Below, piece by piece: positions 41,123 through 51,573 of a stretch of 64,000 nucleotides of DNA; positions within the stretch are counted from its first letter, which is position 1; every line of letters begins with the position of its first letter. The position numbers were made by a program, and so were the translations under genes. A model generated the notes under the pieces. That model searched no databases and was not told the DNA's origin. It worked only from the letters and a program-made list of their open reading frames with translations. The stretch comes from Terriglobia bacterium (lineage in GTDB: Bacteria > Acidobacteriota > Terriglobia > JAJPHL01 > JAPKYU01): NCBI GenBank assembly GCA_965223005.1, contig CBDCVK010000010.1:672001-736000 (forward strand), read 5' to 3'.

Positions 41123-42933
41123 TGTCAGCGGTACCTAACTCGGCCTGGGAACAGGCCGAGTTGCACGAGGAGGTCAGATTGGGCAGGGATAGAAGAGGCA
41201 AACTCGTTGCCGCTTTGGGAGTATGGCTGCTCGCGGCATTTTGCCTATCTTCTCTGTGGGCCGCCCCCCGCAGTGTCTCGCCTTTGGGAACGCTCGCCGG
41301 GGTGGTCACGAACCGCCGGGGCATCCCGCAGATGGGAGCCGCCATCGCCCTCATCAGCGGAGACGGCCGCATCCTCCAGCACGCCTACACCAACGAGAAG
41401 GGAGCGTTCCTGCTGGAACGGGTCAAGCCTGGGCTGTATTCCCTCCGCGTCACCTTGACCAGCTTCCTGCCTTTTCTGAAACAGGAGATCCGAATCCAAC
41501 CCGGCGTCCGCTTCTTTCTTTCGGTCAACTTGGCCTCATTGCTGGAAACCGTAGACATTTTGCGGGGCCGACGCAGCCGCCCGGACAGTGACGAGGACTG
41601 GGCTTGGGTGTTGCGCAGTTCAGGTGTCTTCCGTCCAGTGCTGCGCTACCTGCCCGAGCAAAACGGCGACAGGTTGCCCACCCTGCGCGACCTCGAGAAC
41701 CGAACGCTGCTGCAGTTCAGCGGAGGCATGGGGCGCTCCTCGATCGCCGGCAGTGAGGCCGACTTCAATACCTCGTTCACCGTTGCCAACAACCCGTTCC
41801 AGAACACCAGTGTGTTGTTGAGTGGCAATCTGGGCTTTGAGCGGCACACGCCGGCGGCGGCTTTCCGCGGCGCGTTGCGGCGGGAGTTGGCCAGCGGTTC
41901 GACCCCTGAAGTCTCACTGACGCTGCGTCAAATTTTCCTGCCCGGCGCGTCTTCGGGACATGGAAGCGCGGAGAATTTACAGAGCATGACGCTGGCTGCC
42001 AGCAATCAGTTGCAGTTTGCTGACAGTCTCCGCCTCGAGTATGGCTTCCTCTATGACTCGGTCCGTTTCCTGAACCGGCTGAACACTTTTAGCCCCTACG
42101 GGCGAGTGATTTACCAGTCCAGCGAGTCTTCCTCGATTCAGGTCTACTACACCGAAGCGACGCCCCGGGTGCACCGTCCGGGCGCGGATCCGTTGCGCCA
42201 AGTGGCCTCGCAATTGGCTGTGTTCCCGCGTTTGTCGGTGCGCAATGGCTCTCCTACGGTGCAACGCAGCCGGCACATAGAAGCCAGCTTCCAACGAAAG
42301 CTGGGTGCCCGCACAGCGGCGGAAGTCGGCGCCTACCGGGACGAAATCAGCGATCTGACCTTGAACGCTATTGTTAACGGCGAGCCCTTCTGGGCCGATT
42401 TGTTTCCGGATGTGTTCACCCAGCAGTATTCCTTCAACAGCGGCAATTATCACACCAGCGGCGTGCGCGCCTCGGTGCGGCAAACCTTCTCCGAGCGACT
42501 GCAAAGCACTTTCGCCTACAGCTACGTCGGCGTGCTGGCGCCGGAGCGGATGTTCCTGCACACGCAAGACCCGGAGGAGTTGCGGAGCATTCTGAGAATG
42601 CAACGCCGGCATGCGCTTGCCGTCAAGCTGAAGGCCGATGTCCCGGCGACCCGAACACGGGTCCTGGCCGGGTATAAGTGGGTGTTGGGCCCCTCGGTGA
42701 CTCCCGGCGACTTTTACGACGAAAGCCTGGGGTATGCCGAGCCCCACCTGAACATCCTGGTGCGACAGCCGCTGCCTTCTTTGGTTGTTCTACCCGGCCG
42801 CGTGGAGGCGTTGGCCGATTTCCGCAACCTGCTGGCTCAAGGCTACGTGCCCATCATTACCGCCGATGGGAAACGCCTCCTGCTGGTCCAGAACTACCGC
42901 AGCTTCCGCGGCGGCTTTAGCTTCATCTTCTGA
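41122..42933 (+). CDS. Carboxypeptidase-regulatory-like domain + outer-membrane beta-barrel-like protein
   Basis: LAGVVTN..TNEKGAF..PGLYSLRV N-terminal domain, alternating beta-strand pattern and C-terminal Phe (FSFIF). Start uncertain. Confidence 0.75.
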   Translation: MSAVPNSAWEQAELHEEVRLGRDRRGKLVAALGVWLLAAFCLSSLWAAPRSVSPLGTLAGVVTNRRGIPQMGAAIALISGDGRILQHAYTNEKGAFLLERVKPGLYSLRVTLTSFLPFLKQEIRIQPGVRFFLSVNLASLLETVDILRGRRSRPDSDEDWAWVLRSSGVFRPVLRYLPEQNGDRLPTLRDLENRTLLQFSGGMGRSSIAGSEADFNTSFTVANNPFQNTSVLLSGNLGFERHTPAAAFRGALRRELASGSTPEVSLTLRQIFLPGASSGHGSAENLQSMTLAASNQLQFADSLRLEYGFLYDSVRFLNRLNTFSPYGRVIYQSSESSSIQVYYTEATPRVHRPGADPLRQVASQLAVFPRLSVRNGSPTVQRSRHIEASFQRKLGARTAAEVGAYRDEISDLTLNAIVNGEPFWADLFPDVFTQQYSFNSGNYHTSGVRASVRQTFSERLQSTFAYSYVGVLAPERMFLHTQDPEELRSILRMQRRHALAVKLKADVPATRTRVLAGYKWVLGPSVTPGDFYDESLGYAEPHLNILVRQPLPSLVVLPGRVEALADFRNLLAQGYVPIITADGKRLLLVQNYRSFRGGFSFIF

Positions 42934-43188
42934 TCAGTAATCCCCTCTTCGGCTAAACACCACTTCAGGCTGGCCGCGTGGCCTGTCCTCGAAACCCAGC
43001 GCCTCGCCTCAACACGGACTAGCTAGCCCGATCCCATTGTGATATGAAGCAGGTACAAGAAACAGGCAGGGCCATGTGGAAAATAGTAGTCATTATACTA
43101 TATTTGGTATTTCAGCCAGGGCCTGCTTACGCTAAAATGCAAGTAGTTGATACTCAATCAATTGTATTCTGGAAAGGGCGTTGGTTAT

Positions 43189-43203
43189 TGGAAACAGAGT
43201 TGC
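43189..43203 (+). promoter_or_regulatory. Putative sigma-54 (-24/-12) promoter TGGAAACAGAGTTGC
   Basis: GG and GC at the canonical spacing, in an AT-rich spacer upstream of the HK/NtrC-type pair. Confidence 0.55.
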
Positions 43204-43326
43204 TAAGGTGAGAGAGTCAGTGCTGGGTGTTGAGGTGTCTATCCACCTTGATGCCGGTTACAGTGGAGATGGCCCCAGGGGCCTGCGCCCAATGGGCAAG
43301 TTAGAAGAAAGCTTGGTGAGGAAGCC

Positions 43327-46224
43327 TTGATAGGGGAATTCCGGTTACGGTTCACGTCCATACTCGTGGGATTACTCACGATCTCCCTGGGCGTGTTGGC
43401 ATGGATCAACCTCGACCAGCAGCGCAAATTCCACCCTCCCCATGACGGGGCGACCTGGCAGGACAGCGCGGCAGGTGTCGTTGCCCGGTACGTGGAGCCC
43501 GGCGGGCCGGCAGCGCGGGCCGGAATTCAGGAAGGCGACCTACTGCGCAGCATCAATAGCGGCCCCATTCCCCGGGCCGCCCGCGTTACAAGGCTGCTCT
43601 ACCAGCTGGGCAACTGGGGCAGTGCGGAATATGAGCTGAGCCGCAGCGGGCGCCCCGTCGTCGCCTCCGTCATTCCGGAGCCGCGACAGACCAGCAGTCC
43701 CCTCCAACGCTACCTGCAGGTGGTGGCGCTGCTGTATTTGGCCATAGGCTTGTATGTCGTGCTGCGGCGCGGGCAAGCCGCGCGAGCCCTCCACTTTTAT
43801 CTGTTCTGCCTGGCTTCGTTTGTCCTGTATTTCTACCGCTACACCGGCAAGCTGGACGGTTTGGACTGGACTGTTTACTGGTCGAATGTTGTGGCCACCC
43901 TCCTGCAGCCGGCCCTGTTTCTCCATTTTGCCCTGGCGTTTCCAGAGCCGCGGGAATGGCTGAGGCGCCGCTCGTTCCTACTCCCGCTGGCCTACGCCCC
44001 GGCGGCGGTGTTGCTGCTGGTCCATCTAGGGGTCGTATCTCGCGTGCTGGAAATCGGCCTGCCGATCGGGACCGTGAGCTGGTGGCTGGATCGCATCGCC
44101 TACGCCCACCTGGCGGCGTGGTTTCTGGGGGGCACGGCTGTCCTGTACCAGGCTTATCGTCGAGCGCAGACACCGCTGCTGCGCCAGCAGATGAAGTGGA
44201 TTACTCGCGGCGTGACCCTCGGCATTGTCCCCTTTGCCGCTTTCTACATCCTGCCTTTCCTGTCGGGCGCGGTGCCAGCCGTTTGGATGCAGCTGTCGGC
44301 GCTTTCCCTGGTGTTGATCCCCCTGACCTTCGGCTACGCGATTCTGCGCTACCGGCTCATGGATGTGGACATTCTGTTCCGCCGCGGCGCCGCCTATACG
44401 CTGGCCACCCTGACGCTGGTAGCGCTGTACTTCACGGTGGTGGCGGTGGCTGGACTGGTGTTTCACTCCAGCCTGCCGGCTACCGGGACAGCGGGGCTTG
44501 TGATCGCGGTGGTGGTCAGCGCCCTTCTGTTCCATCCGCTGCGCGCCCGCATTCAGGAGCGCCTGGACCGCTACTTCTACCGTGAGCGCTACGACTACAG
44601 AAAAACGTTGGTGGATTTCGGCCGCGAGCTGAGCACCGAAACTGACCTTGCGCGCCTGCTGGGAGCGGTGTCCGAGCGGTTGTCTCACACGCTCAACGTG
44701 GAGCGGGTAGCCGTCTTCCTGCCAGATGAAAAGCCCAATGAGCAGGACGATGAGCAGGGCCAAATGCGGCTGGCGCACTCACGGGGACTGTCACTAGACG
44801 AGGAACCTGATCTGGGCTTCTTGGATGCCGCTCGGGCTGAATCCGCGCGAGGCTATCTGTTCTTTGAGAACACGAGGCTGGCGCCAGGCGAGGCGGAGCC
44901 GGCGCGCCGCGCGATCGCCACCCTGGACCTGCAGTATTACCTCGCTTGCCGGGCCCAGGGGCGCATCGTGGGATTCCTGGGGTTGGGCCAGACCAGTGAG
45001 AACAACTTCCTGTCCAGTGAGGACGTGGCGTTGTTGGAGGCGCTGTCGGGGCATCTGGGTGCGGCGGTCGAGAACGCAAGGCTCTACCGGCGCCTCGAGC
45101 GAAAGGCAGCCGAGTACGAACGCCTGAAGGAGTTCAACGAGAACATTGTCGAGTCGCTCAGCGTAGGCATCCTGGTGCTGGATCTGGACGACCGGGTCGA
45201 AAGCTGGAACACGCAACTGGAGCTGATGTACGGTCTGTCGCGCGAGCGAACTCGCGGTCAGCCAGTGGACAAAGTCCTCCCCGCGGAACTGGTGGCCGAG
45301 TTGCTGCGCTTCCGCAGCGACAGCGGGATTCATAACCTGTATCAGCACCGGGTGCGCACGCCGTCGGGCAGCGAGCGGGCTCTGAACATCGCGGTGGCCC
45401 CCTTGGTGAGCAAGAGGTTTGAACCGATTGGCCGGCTGCTCATCTTCGACGACGTCAGCGAGCGGGTGGAGCTGGAGCAGCAACTGGCCGAGGCGGAAAA
45501 GCTGAGCTCGGTCGGACTGCTGGCCGCCGGCGTGGCCCACGAGGTGAACACGCCGCTGACGGTCATCTCCAGCTACGCCCAAATGCTTTCCAAGCAGCTC
45601 CCAAACGAGGACGCGCGCGGAAAGCTGCTGGAGAAGATCATCAAGTCCACCTTCCGGGCCTCGGAAATCGTCAATAACCTTCTGAACTTTTCCCGAACCG
45701 GCAGCGCCCAGATGGCGCCAGTGGACTTGCACCGCGTGGTGCGCGACACACTAGCCTTGTTGGAGCACCCACTGAGAACCAGCCACGTGGAGGTGGAAAC
45801 CCGCTTCGCCCAGCAGCCGCCCCTCGTGCAGGGCAACGCCGGCAAGCTCCAGCAGGTGTTTCTCAATCTGTTCCTGAACGCCCGAGACGCCATGCCAGAA
45901 GGAGGCCGTCTGCGGGTCCATACGGAAACCAGTGAAGGTGCAGTTCAGGTGCAGGTGTCGGATAGCGGCCAGGGCATATCCCAGAAGCACATCCACCGCA
46001 TCTACGATCCCTTCTTCACCACCAAGGCCGCCCGCCCCGGCAACGGGGATATTTTGCGCTCCGGCGTTGGCCTGGGCCTCTCGGTCACCTACGGGATCGT
46101 CAAAGAGCATGCCGGCACCATCCGAGTGGAAAGCTCTCAGAGCCAGGGGACCGCCTTCTTGCTGGAGTTTCCCCGGTTGCCAGACAAGTTGAGAGCGACG
46201 TTGCCAGAAACCGTGAGCGTCTGA
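43327..46224 (+). CDS. Membrane sensor histidine kinase (PDZ + multi-TM + GAF + PAS + HisKA/HATPase)
   Basis: GPAARAGIQEGD PDZ motif, many TM segments, AHEVNTPL, NLFLNARDAM, DSGQG, PFFTTK and GLGL motifs. Confidence 0.92.
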   Translation: MIGEFRLRFTSILVGLLTISLGVLAWINLDQQRKFHPPHDGATWQDSAAGVVARYVEPGGPAARAGIQEGDLLRSINSGPIPRAARVTRLLYQLGNWGSAEYELSRSGRPVVASVIPEPRQTSSPLQRYLQVVALLYLAIGLYVVLRRGQAARALHFYLFCLASFVLYFYRYTGKLDGLDWTVYWSNVVATLLQPALFLHFALAFPEPREWLRRRSFLLPLAYAPAAVLLLVHLGVVSRVLEIGLPIGTVSWWLDRIAYAHLAAWFLGGTAVLYQAYRRAQTPLLRQQMKWITRGVTLGIVPFAAFYILPFLSGAVPAVWMQLSALSLVLIPLTFGYAILRYRLMDVDILFRRGAAYTLATLTLVALYFTVVAVAGLVFHSSLPATGTAGLVIAVVVSALLFHPLRARIQERLDRYFYRERYDYRKTLVDFGRELSTETDLARLLGAVSERLSHTLNVERVAVFLPDEKPNEQDDEQGQMRLAHSRGLSLDEEPDLGFLDAARAESARGYLFFENTRLAPGEAEPARRAIATLDLQYYLACRAQGRIVGFLGLGQTSENNFLSSEDVALLEALSGHLGAAVENARLYRRLERKAAEYERLKEFNENIVESLSVGILVLDLDDRVESWNTQLELMYGLSRERTRGQPVDKVLPAELVAELLRFRSDSGIHNLYQHRVRTPSGSERALNIAVAPLVSKRFEPIGRLLIFDDVSERVELEQQLAEAEKLSSVGLLAAGVAHEVNTPLTVISSYAQMLSKQLPNEDARGKLLEKIIKSTFRASEIVNNLLNFSRTGSAQMAPVDLHRVVRDTLALLEHPLRTSHVEVETRFAQQPPLVQGNAGKLQQVFLNLFLNARDAMPEGGRLRVHTETSEGAVQVQVSDSGQGISQKHIHRIYDPFFTTKAARPGNGDILRSGVGLGLSVTYGIVKEHAGTIRVESSQSQGTAFLLEFPRLPDKLRATLPETVSV

Positions 46225-46226
46225 TC

Positions 46227-47681
46227 ATGGCTGAAGGAAGAATTCTGATTGTTGATGATGAGGCAGAAGTCCGGGAAAGCCTGGAGACCTTGCTTGGCCT
46301 GGAAGGTTTCGAGGCGCTCTCGGCCGAGAGCGCCGAAGCTGGCCTGCAACTGCTGGGGCGCCGGGTCTTCGACCTGGTGCTGCTGGATGTGGCTCTGCCC
46401 GGCCGCAGCGGCCTCGAGGCGCTCGAAGAGATTCGTCGTCTGGACCCGAACCTGCCAGTGCTGATGATCACCGCTTACGCCTCGGTGGAGAACGCGGTGG
46501 CCGCCATGCACGCCGGAGCCCGCAACTACCTGACCAAGCCCTGGGATAACGAGAAGCTCGTGCTGGAAATCCGCAACACGGTGAGCACCCGCCGATTGGA
46601 AGCGGAAAACGTGCAGCTTCGGCGGGCATTGAAGCAGCGCTACTGCCTCCCCAATATCGTGGGCAAAGGCGAGCCCATGCTGAAGATTCTCGACCTGGTG
46701 GAGCAGATTGCGCCCAGCCGTTCGACGGTCTTGCTGAGCGGGGAAAGCGGGACCGGCAAGGAGCTGATCGCCAAAGCCATCCACGCCCACTCGCCGCGCG
46801 CCGACCGCCCCTTCGTGCCGGTCAATACCGGCAGCATGCCGGTGGATCTGCTGGAAAGCCTGCTGTTCGGCCATGTCAAGGGAGCCTTCACGAGCGCGGT
46901 CGCTTCTAAGAAGGGCTTCTTCGAGGTAGCCGACCGAGGCACCCTGTTCTTCGATGAAATCGGCACCATCGGCCTGGAAACGCAGGCCAAGCTGTTGCGG
47001 GTGATTCAGGAGCGCGAGTTCACACCGCTTGGCTCGACTGAGCTGGTCAAGGTGGACGTCCGTATTATTGCCGCCACCAACGTGGACTTGCACCGTCTGA
47101 TGGCCGAAGCCAAGTTCCGCGAGGACCTATACTACCGTCTGAACGTGATCTCGCTGCCGTTGCCGCCCCTGCGCGAACGAAAAGAGGATATCCCGCTGCT
47201 GGTGGACCATTTTCTGAAGAAGTATTGCGAGGAAAATCAGAAACCGCTGCGCCGTTTTTCGACGCCAGCCATGCGGCACCTGATGGATTACCACTGGCCG
47301 GGCAACGTGCGCGAACTGGAGAACGCCGTCGAACGGGCGGTCGTGCTTTCCCGGGAGCCCCTGGTGGATCCTTTGCTGTTGCCGGAATCCCTGCGGGAGC
47401 GAGCCGGCAAGGGTTCGGGCCTGCTGTCGGTTGTGGAGGAGCGCCCCGGCGCCTCCTTGTTCGAGATCCTGGACGAGTGCGAGCGCAGAGTCATTGTGGA
47501 CATGCTGGAGAAAACGAACTGGAGCCAGACCGAAGCCGCCGAGCGCTTTCAGATTCCCCTCTCAACGCTAAATCAGAAAATCAAGCGGCTGAACATCGAG
47601 ATCAAGCGGAAAAGTCGCAACTCGCACGCGCGGGAACGGGAGGAAGTGGCTACGCCCGAACGCGCGCATGCTCGCAGTTGA
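46227..47681 (+). CDS. Sigma-54-dependent NtrC-family response regulator
   Basis: REC domain, GESGTGKE, ESLLFGHVKGAFTSA, FFDEIG, FREDLYYRLNV, WPGNVRELEN and a C-terminal HTH. Confidence 0.95.
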   Translation: MAEGRILIVDDEAEVRESLETLLGLEGFEALSAESAEAGLQLLGRRVFDLVLLDVALPGRSGLEALEEIRRLDPNLPVLMITAYASVENAVAAMHAGARNYLTKPWDNEKLVLEIRNTVSTRRLEAENVQLRRALKQRYCLPNIVGKGEPMLKILDLVEQIAPSRSTVLLSGESGTGKELIAKAIHAHSPRADRPFVPVNTGSMPVDLLESLLFGHVKGAFTSAVASKKGFFEVADRGTLFFDEIGTIGLETQAKLLRVIQEREFTPLGSTELVKVDVRIIAATNVDLHRLMAEAKFREDLYYRLNVISLPLPPLRERKEDIPLLVDHFLKKYCEENQKPLRRFSTPAMRHLMDYHWPGNVRELENAVERAVVLSREPLVDPLLLPESLRERAGKGSGLLSVVEERPGASLFEILDECERRVIVDMLEKTNWSQTEAAERFQIPLSTLNQKIKRLNIEIKRKSRNSHAREREEVATPERAHARS

Positions 47682-47815
47682 ATTTTCCTGCACAACTGGC
47701 TTCGTCACACCCTCATTTCTGCCTGCTGTCGCCTGCGGGTTGCAGGTCGCTGAGCTGAGATATGTTGCTGATATCCAAGAACGTAAATCTTTTTCAAGAA
47801 ACCCAATCATTTTCG

Positions 47816-47844
47816 TTGACAATCAGTAATTTTCCTTTTAAATT
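47816..47844 (+). promoter_or_regulatory. Putative sigma-70 promoter TTGACA-N17-TAAATT
   Basis: Ends 9 nt before ATG 47854 with no SD sequence, suggesting a near-leaderless transcript. Confidence 0.55.
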
Positions 47845-47853
47845 CCACCGCCT

Positions 47854-48197
47854 ATGAATGTTCAGAGAATCCTACAATCACTTCGTCGGGAACAAGGACA
47901 ACTGGAGGAAGCGATTTCCGCGCTGGAACGTCTGGCGGCGCTGGGCCGCCGCGGCCGCCCGCCGGGGCGTCGCGGCCCAGGGAGGCCGCCCAAACGTCGC
48001 GGTCCGGGACGACCACCCAAGCGTCGCGGTCCGGGACGACCACCCAAGCGTCGCGGTCCGGGACGCCCAAACGTCGCGGTCCGGGACGACCGCCCAAACG
48101 TCGCGGTCCGGGACGACCGCCCAAACGTCGCGGTCCGGGGAGGCCGCGGAAGCGCCGCGGACCGGGCCGACCTCCCGTGACGGAGCAACCGAGCTAG
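47854..48197 (+). CDS. Small coiled-coil + multi-AT-hook DNA-binding protein, frameshifted in the repeat tract
   Basis: Coiled coil ILQSLRREQGQLEEAISALERL, then RGRPP/RRGPGRPPK repeats. As assembled it stops at 48180; the repeat frame ends at TAG 48195-48197. Confidence 0.8.
47968..48179 (+). repeat. Tandem repeat, 8 x 27 bp (cgtcgcggtccgggacgaccRcccaaR); unit 4 is 23 bp
   Basis: Units start at 47968, 47995, 48022, 48049 (23 bp), 48072, 48099, 48126 and 48153. Confidence 0.95.
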
Positions 48198-48559
48198 CAG
48201 GCTGCGCAGCCACGCACCGCTTCAGGCGGCGAGAACCGCTTGCTGGAGTTTGGCTCTGCAAATTCGGCCAATCTGCAGAGATGTCAGCGGGAGCCAGCGG
48301 TCGCTCCGAAGGTTTACTCAGTAGCCTACCAGAGAATTTCTTGGGGGAGTCGTAGTGTGGGTCAAGCTCGTCCCGCGCATTTTTCCGCTATCTCCGAGTT
48401 GTGCTATCTTGATTTCCCTTCTGAAGAGGGACAAATCTCAACACTGCGTCTTTTTCCTTTCGTAATCACCTCCTCCAAACGTTATGTGTCCGCGCGCCTT
48501 TTCCGGGCCAGTTTCGCTCGCGATCGGCGTCGCCCGCTGTGGTATCATAGAGACAGGAC

Positions 48560-49282
48560 ATGAAATTCGCGGTAGTCGTCTTTCCAGGCAGCAACTGTGA
48601 CGACGACGCCTACCAGGCGATCCGAGTGCAGTTGCGCCAGCCCGTGAGCTTCATCTGGCACCGGTCGCAGGATCTGGAAAACGCCGATGCGGTGATCCTG
48701 CCCGGTGGCTTTTCCTACGGCGACTACCTTCGGACGGGCGCCATCGCGCGCTTCTCTCCGGTGCTGGCGGCGGTGAAGCTCTTTGCGGACGGAGGGGGGT
48801 TGGTGCTGGGCATCTGCAACGGCTTCCAGATTCTTCTCGAGACTGGCCTGCTACCCGGAGCCATGCTGCGTAACCGCAGCCTGCGGTTCATTTGTCGACC
48901 CGTTCACCTCCGTGTGGAGAACACTTCGTTGCCCTTTACGCTTGCTTGCGAGCCCTGGCAGGTCCTGCGCGTTCCTATCGCCCACGCCGAGGGCAATTAT
49001 TTCGCCGAGCCTGAGGCGCTGGCCGAACTGGAGCGCAACGGCCGGGTAGCGTTCCGCTACTCGACCGCGGAGGGCGCCGTCACGCCGGAAGCGAATCCGA
49101 ACGGCTCGTTGCACAATATCGCCGGGATCGTCAACGAAGCCGGCAATGTCCTGGGGGTGATGCCCCACCCGGAACGCGCCAGCGATGCGCGCCTGGGTTC
49201 CACTGATGGGCTGTTCCTGTTCCGCTCGATGGTGGAGTGGACCGCCCGGCGCGCTTCCTTCGCAGTCCAAGCTTTGCGCTGA
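48560..49282 (+). CDS. purQ: FGAM synthase glutaminase subunit
   Basis: [32 protein letters not shown] and MPHPER motifs. Confidence 0.97.
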   Translation: MKFAVVVFPGSNCDDDAYQAIRVQLRQPVSFIWHRSQDLENADAVILPGGFSYGDYLRTGAIARFSPVLAAVKLFADGGGLVLGICNGFQILLETGLLPGAMLRNRSLRFICRPVHLRVENTSLPFTLACEPWQVLRVPIAHAEGNYFAEPEALAELERNGRVAFRYSTAEGAVTPEANPNGSLHNIAGIVNEAGNVLGVMPHPERASDARLGSTDGLFLFRSMVEWTARRASFAVQALR

Positions 49283-49287
49283 CCCGT

Positions 49288-51543
49288 GTGAGCACGATTA
49301 CTCCCGACGTAGTCACGCAACACCAGATCACCGCCGCAGAATACGCCCGGATCCTCGAACTGCTGGGGCGAGAGCCGAACCTGACCGAGCTGGGCATCTT
49401 CAGCGTGATGTGGAGCGAGCACTGCAGCTACAAGAGTTCGCGACTGCTGCTAAAGAACCTGCCCACCGAGGGCCCGTGCGTGCTGCAGGGCCCCGGCGAG
49501 AACGCCGGCGTCATTGACATTGGCGACGGCTGGGCTTGCGTCTTCAAGATCGAATCGCATAACCACCCCAGTTTTGTCGAGCCCTTCCAGGGCGCAGCCA
49601 CCGGGGTAGGCGGCATCCTGCGCGACATCTTCACCATGGGCGCCCGGCCCATTGCGGTGCTGGATTCGCTGCGATTTGGGCCCGTGCAGACAGACGCCCA
49701 AGCGGCGCGGAACCGGCGCATCCTGGACGGGGTGGTCCGGGGCATCGCCCACTACGGCAACTGTTTCGGGGTGCCGACGGTGGGAGGGGAGGCCGTCTTC
49801 GAGCCGTGCTACAGCTCCAACCCGCTGGTCAACGTATTTGCCCTGGGCGTGGCTCCCGCTGAGCAGCTGTTCTTTGCGCGTGCCGGCGGGCCGGGAAACA
49901 CAGTCATCTACGTGGGGGCCAAGACCGGCCGGGACGGCATTCACGGGGCGTCCTTGCTGGCCTCGGCCGAGTTTACGGAGGAATCCCGGCAGAAACGCCC
50001 CAACGTCCAGGTGGGCGACCCTTTCCTGGAGAAACTGCTGCTGGAGGCGTGCCTGGAAGCAATGCAGACCGGGGCGGTGGTGGGCATCCAGGACATGGGC
50101 GCCGCCGGACTCACTTGCTCCAACTGCGAAATGGGCGCGCGGGCCGGCACGGGAATCGAGATCGAACTGGACCGGGTCCCGCAGCGCGAGACGGGAATGT
50201 CTCCCTACGAAATCATGCTCAGCGAGTCGCAGGAGCGGATGCTGCTGGTGGCCGAACGCGGGCGGGAGCAAGAAATTTCTGCGGTCTTCCACAAGTGGGG
50301 CCTGGACGCGGTGGCCATCGGCGTAGTCACCGACGACCAACGGCTGCGCGTGCGCCACGACGGCCGGGTGGTGGCTGACATTCCCAACGCCGCCCTGGCG
50401 CGGGAGGCCCCGGCTTACCTGCGCCCGCGCAAGCCAGCTCCCCGGCCCGTTCCGCTGGAGCCCCCCTTGGAATTCGCCCACGGCTTCGGGGCGCGCAACT
50501 TGACCGCCGACTGCAAACAGCTGCTGGCCTCGCCCACCATCGCCGGCAAGCGCTGGATCTGGGAGCAGTACGACTCGATGGTGCGCACCAACACGGTCGC
50601 GGGGCCGGGCAGCGATGCGGCAGTCCTCCGCCTGAAAGAAACAGGCCAGGGTCTGGCCATCAGCCTGGACGGCAACGGACGTTACGCCTGGCTGGAACCG
50701 CGCCTGGGCGCGCGCCTGGCGGTCGCCGAAGCCAGTCGCAACGTGAGTTGCACTGGGGCGCGGCCCATCGCCGCCACGAACTGCCTGAACTTCGGCAATC
50801 CGGAAAAACCCGAAGTCATGTGGCAGTTCGCTGAGGCCGTGGAAGGCGTGGCGGAAGCCTGCCGCGCCCTCCAGACCCCGGTCACCGGCGGCAACGTCAG
50901 CTTCTACAATGAGACACTGGGCCAGAGTATTTACCCCACACCTGTGGTCGGCATCGTGGGCCTGCTGGAAAAGGACGCCACGCCACTCGGGTACTGTTTC
51001 CGCGCAGCCAGCCGCCGCGTCGTGTTGCTAGGAGGCATCCCCGACGGCGACGTCAACGAGGCGGCGGTGCGCTTCGGTTCCACCGAATATGCCCGCAGCG
51101 TGCTGGGGTGTGTCTGGGGGTTGCCGCCCACGCTGGATCTGGAGTATGAAGCCCGGGTTCAGGCCTGCTGCCGTGAGCTGGCCCGCCAGGGCGTGATTGA
51201 ATCGGCCCACGACGTCAGCGATGGGGGTCTGGTCGTGACGCTGGCCGAATCTTGCCTTTCCGGCATGGGGCTGGAGGCCGACCTGGATTCCGCGCTCGGT
51301 CCGCAACTGGCCCTGTTCGCTGAATTTTCCTCCCGCATTGTGGTGTCGGTGGCGGAGAATCGCCTTGCCGCGCTGGATTCGATTGCGGCACAATATGAGG
51401 TCAGCACCGACGAGCTAGGCGTGACCCGACCGGGACGTTTCTCGTTAAGTGTGAACGGAAACCCAGCGGTCCAGAGTACCGTCGAAGAATTGCAAGTGAT
51501 CTGGGAACAGGCCTTGCCAAACAACCTAAAGCTGAAAAACTGA
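49288..51543 (+). CDS. purL: FGAM synthase large subunit
   Basis: [35 protein letters not shown] and NCLNFGNPE motifs. Confidence 0.97.
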   Translation: MSTITPDVVTQHQITAAEYARILELLGREPNLTELGIFSVMWSEHCSYKSSRLLLKNLPTEGPCVLQGPGENAGVIDIGDGWACVFKIESHNHPSFVEPFQGAATGVGGILRDIFTMGARPIAVLDSLRFGPVQTDAQAARNRRILDGVVRGIAHYGNCFGVPTVGGEAVFEPCYSSNPLVNVFALGVAPAEQLFFARAGGPGNTVIYVGAKTGRDGIHGASLLASAEFTEESRQKRPNVQVGDPFLEKLLLEACLEAMQTGAVVGIQDMGAAGLTCSNCEMGARAGTGIEIELDRVPQRETGMSPYEIMLSESQERMLLVAERGREQEISAVFHKWGLDAVAIGVVTDDQRLRVRHDGRVVADIPNAALAREAPAYLRPRKPAPRPVPLEPPLEFAHGFGARNLTADCKQLLASPTIAGKRWIWEQYDSMVRTNTVAGPGSDAAVLRLKETGQGLAISLDGNGRYAWLEPRLGARLAVAEASRNVSCTGARPIAATNCLNFGNPEKPEVMWQFAEAVEGVAEACRALQTPVTGGNVSFYNETLGQSIYPTPVVGIVGLLEKDATPLGYCFRAASRRVVLLGGIPDGDVNEAAVRFGSTEYARSVLGCVWGLPPTLDLEYEARVQACCRELARQGVIESAHDVSDGGLVVTLAESCLSGMGLEADLDSALGPQLALFAEFSSRIVVSVAENRLAALDSIAAQYEVSTDELGVTRPGRFSLSVNGNPAVQSTVEELQVIWEQALPNNLKLKN

Positions 51544-51573
51544 AGTCCGCGAAGGGAAGCACCGGGAGCAATA

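Noticed and set aside
43095-43110. NrdR-box-like string atactatatttggta
   Set aside because: Single imperfect copy in AT-rich DNA, with no ribonucleotide reductase gene downstream.
47968-48179. 27-bp repeats as a CRISPR array for the orphan cas6
   Set aside because: The units are contiguous with no unique spacers, have a length divisible by 3 and vary synonymously, so this is a coding tandem repeat.
48200-48559. Purine/ZTP riboswitch before purQ (and before guaA)
   Set aside because: No recognisable aptamer consensus. The -10-like boxes lie just upstream of the start codons, leaving no room for a structured leader.
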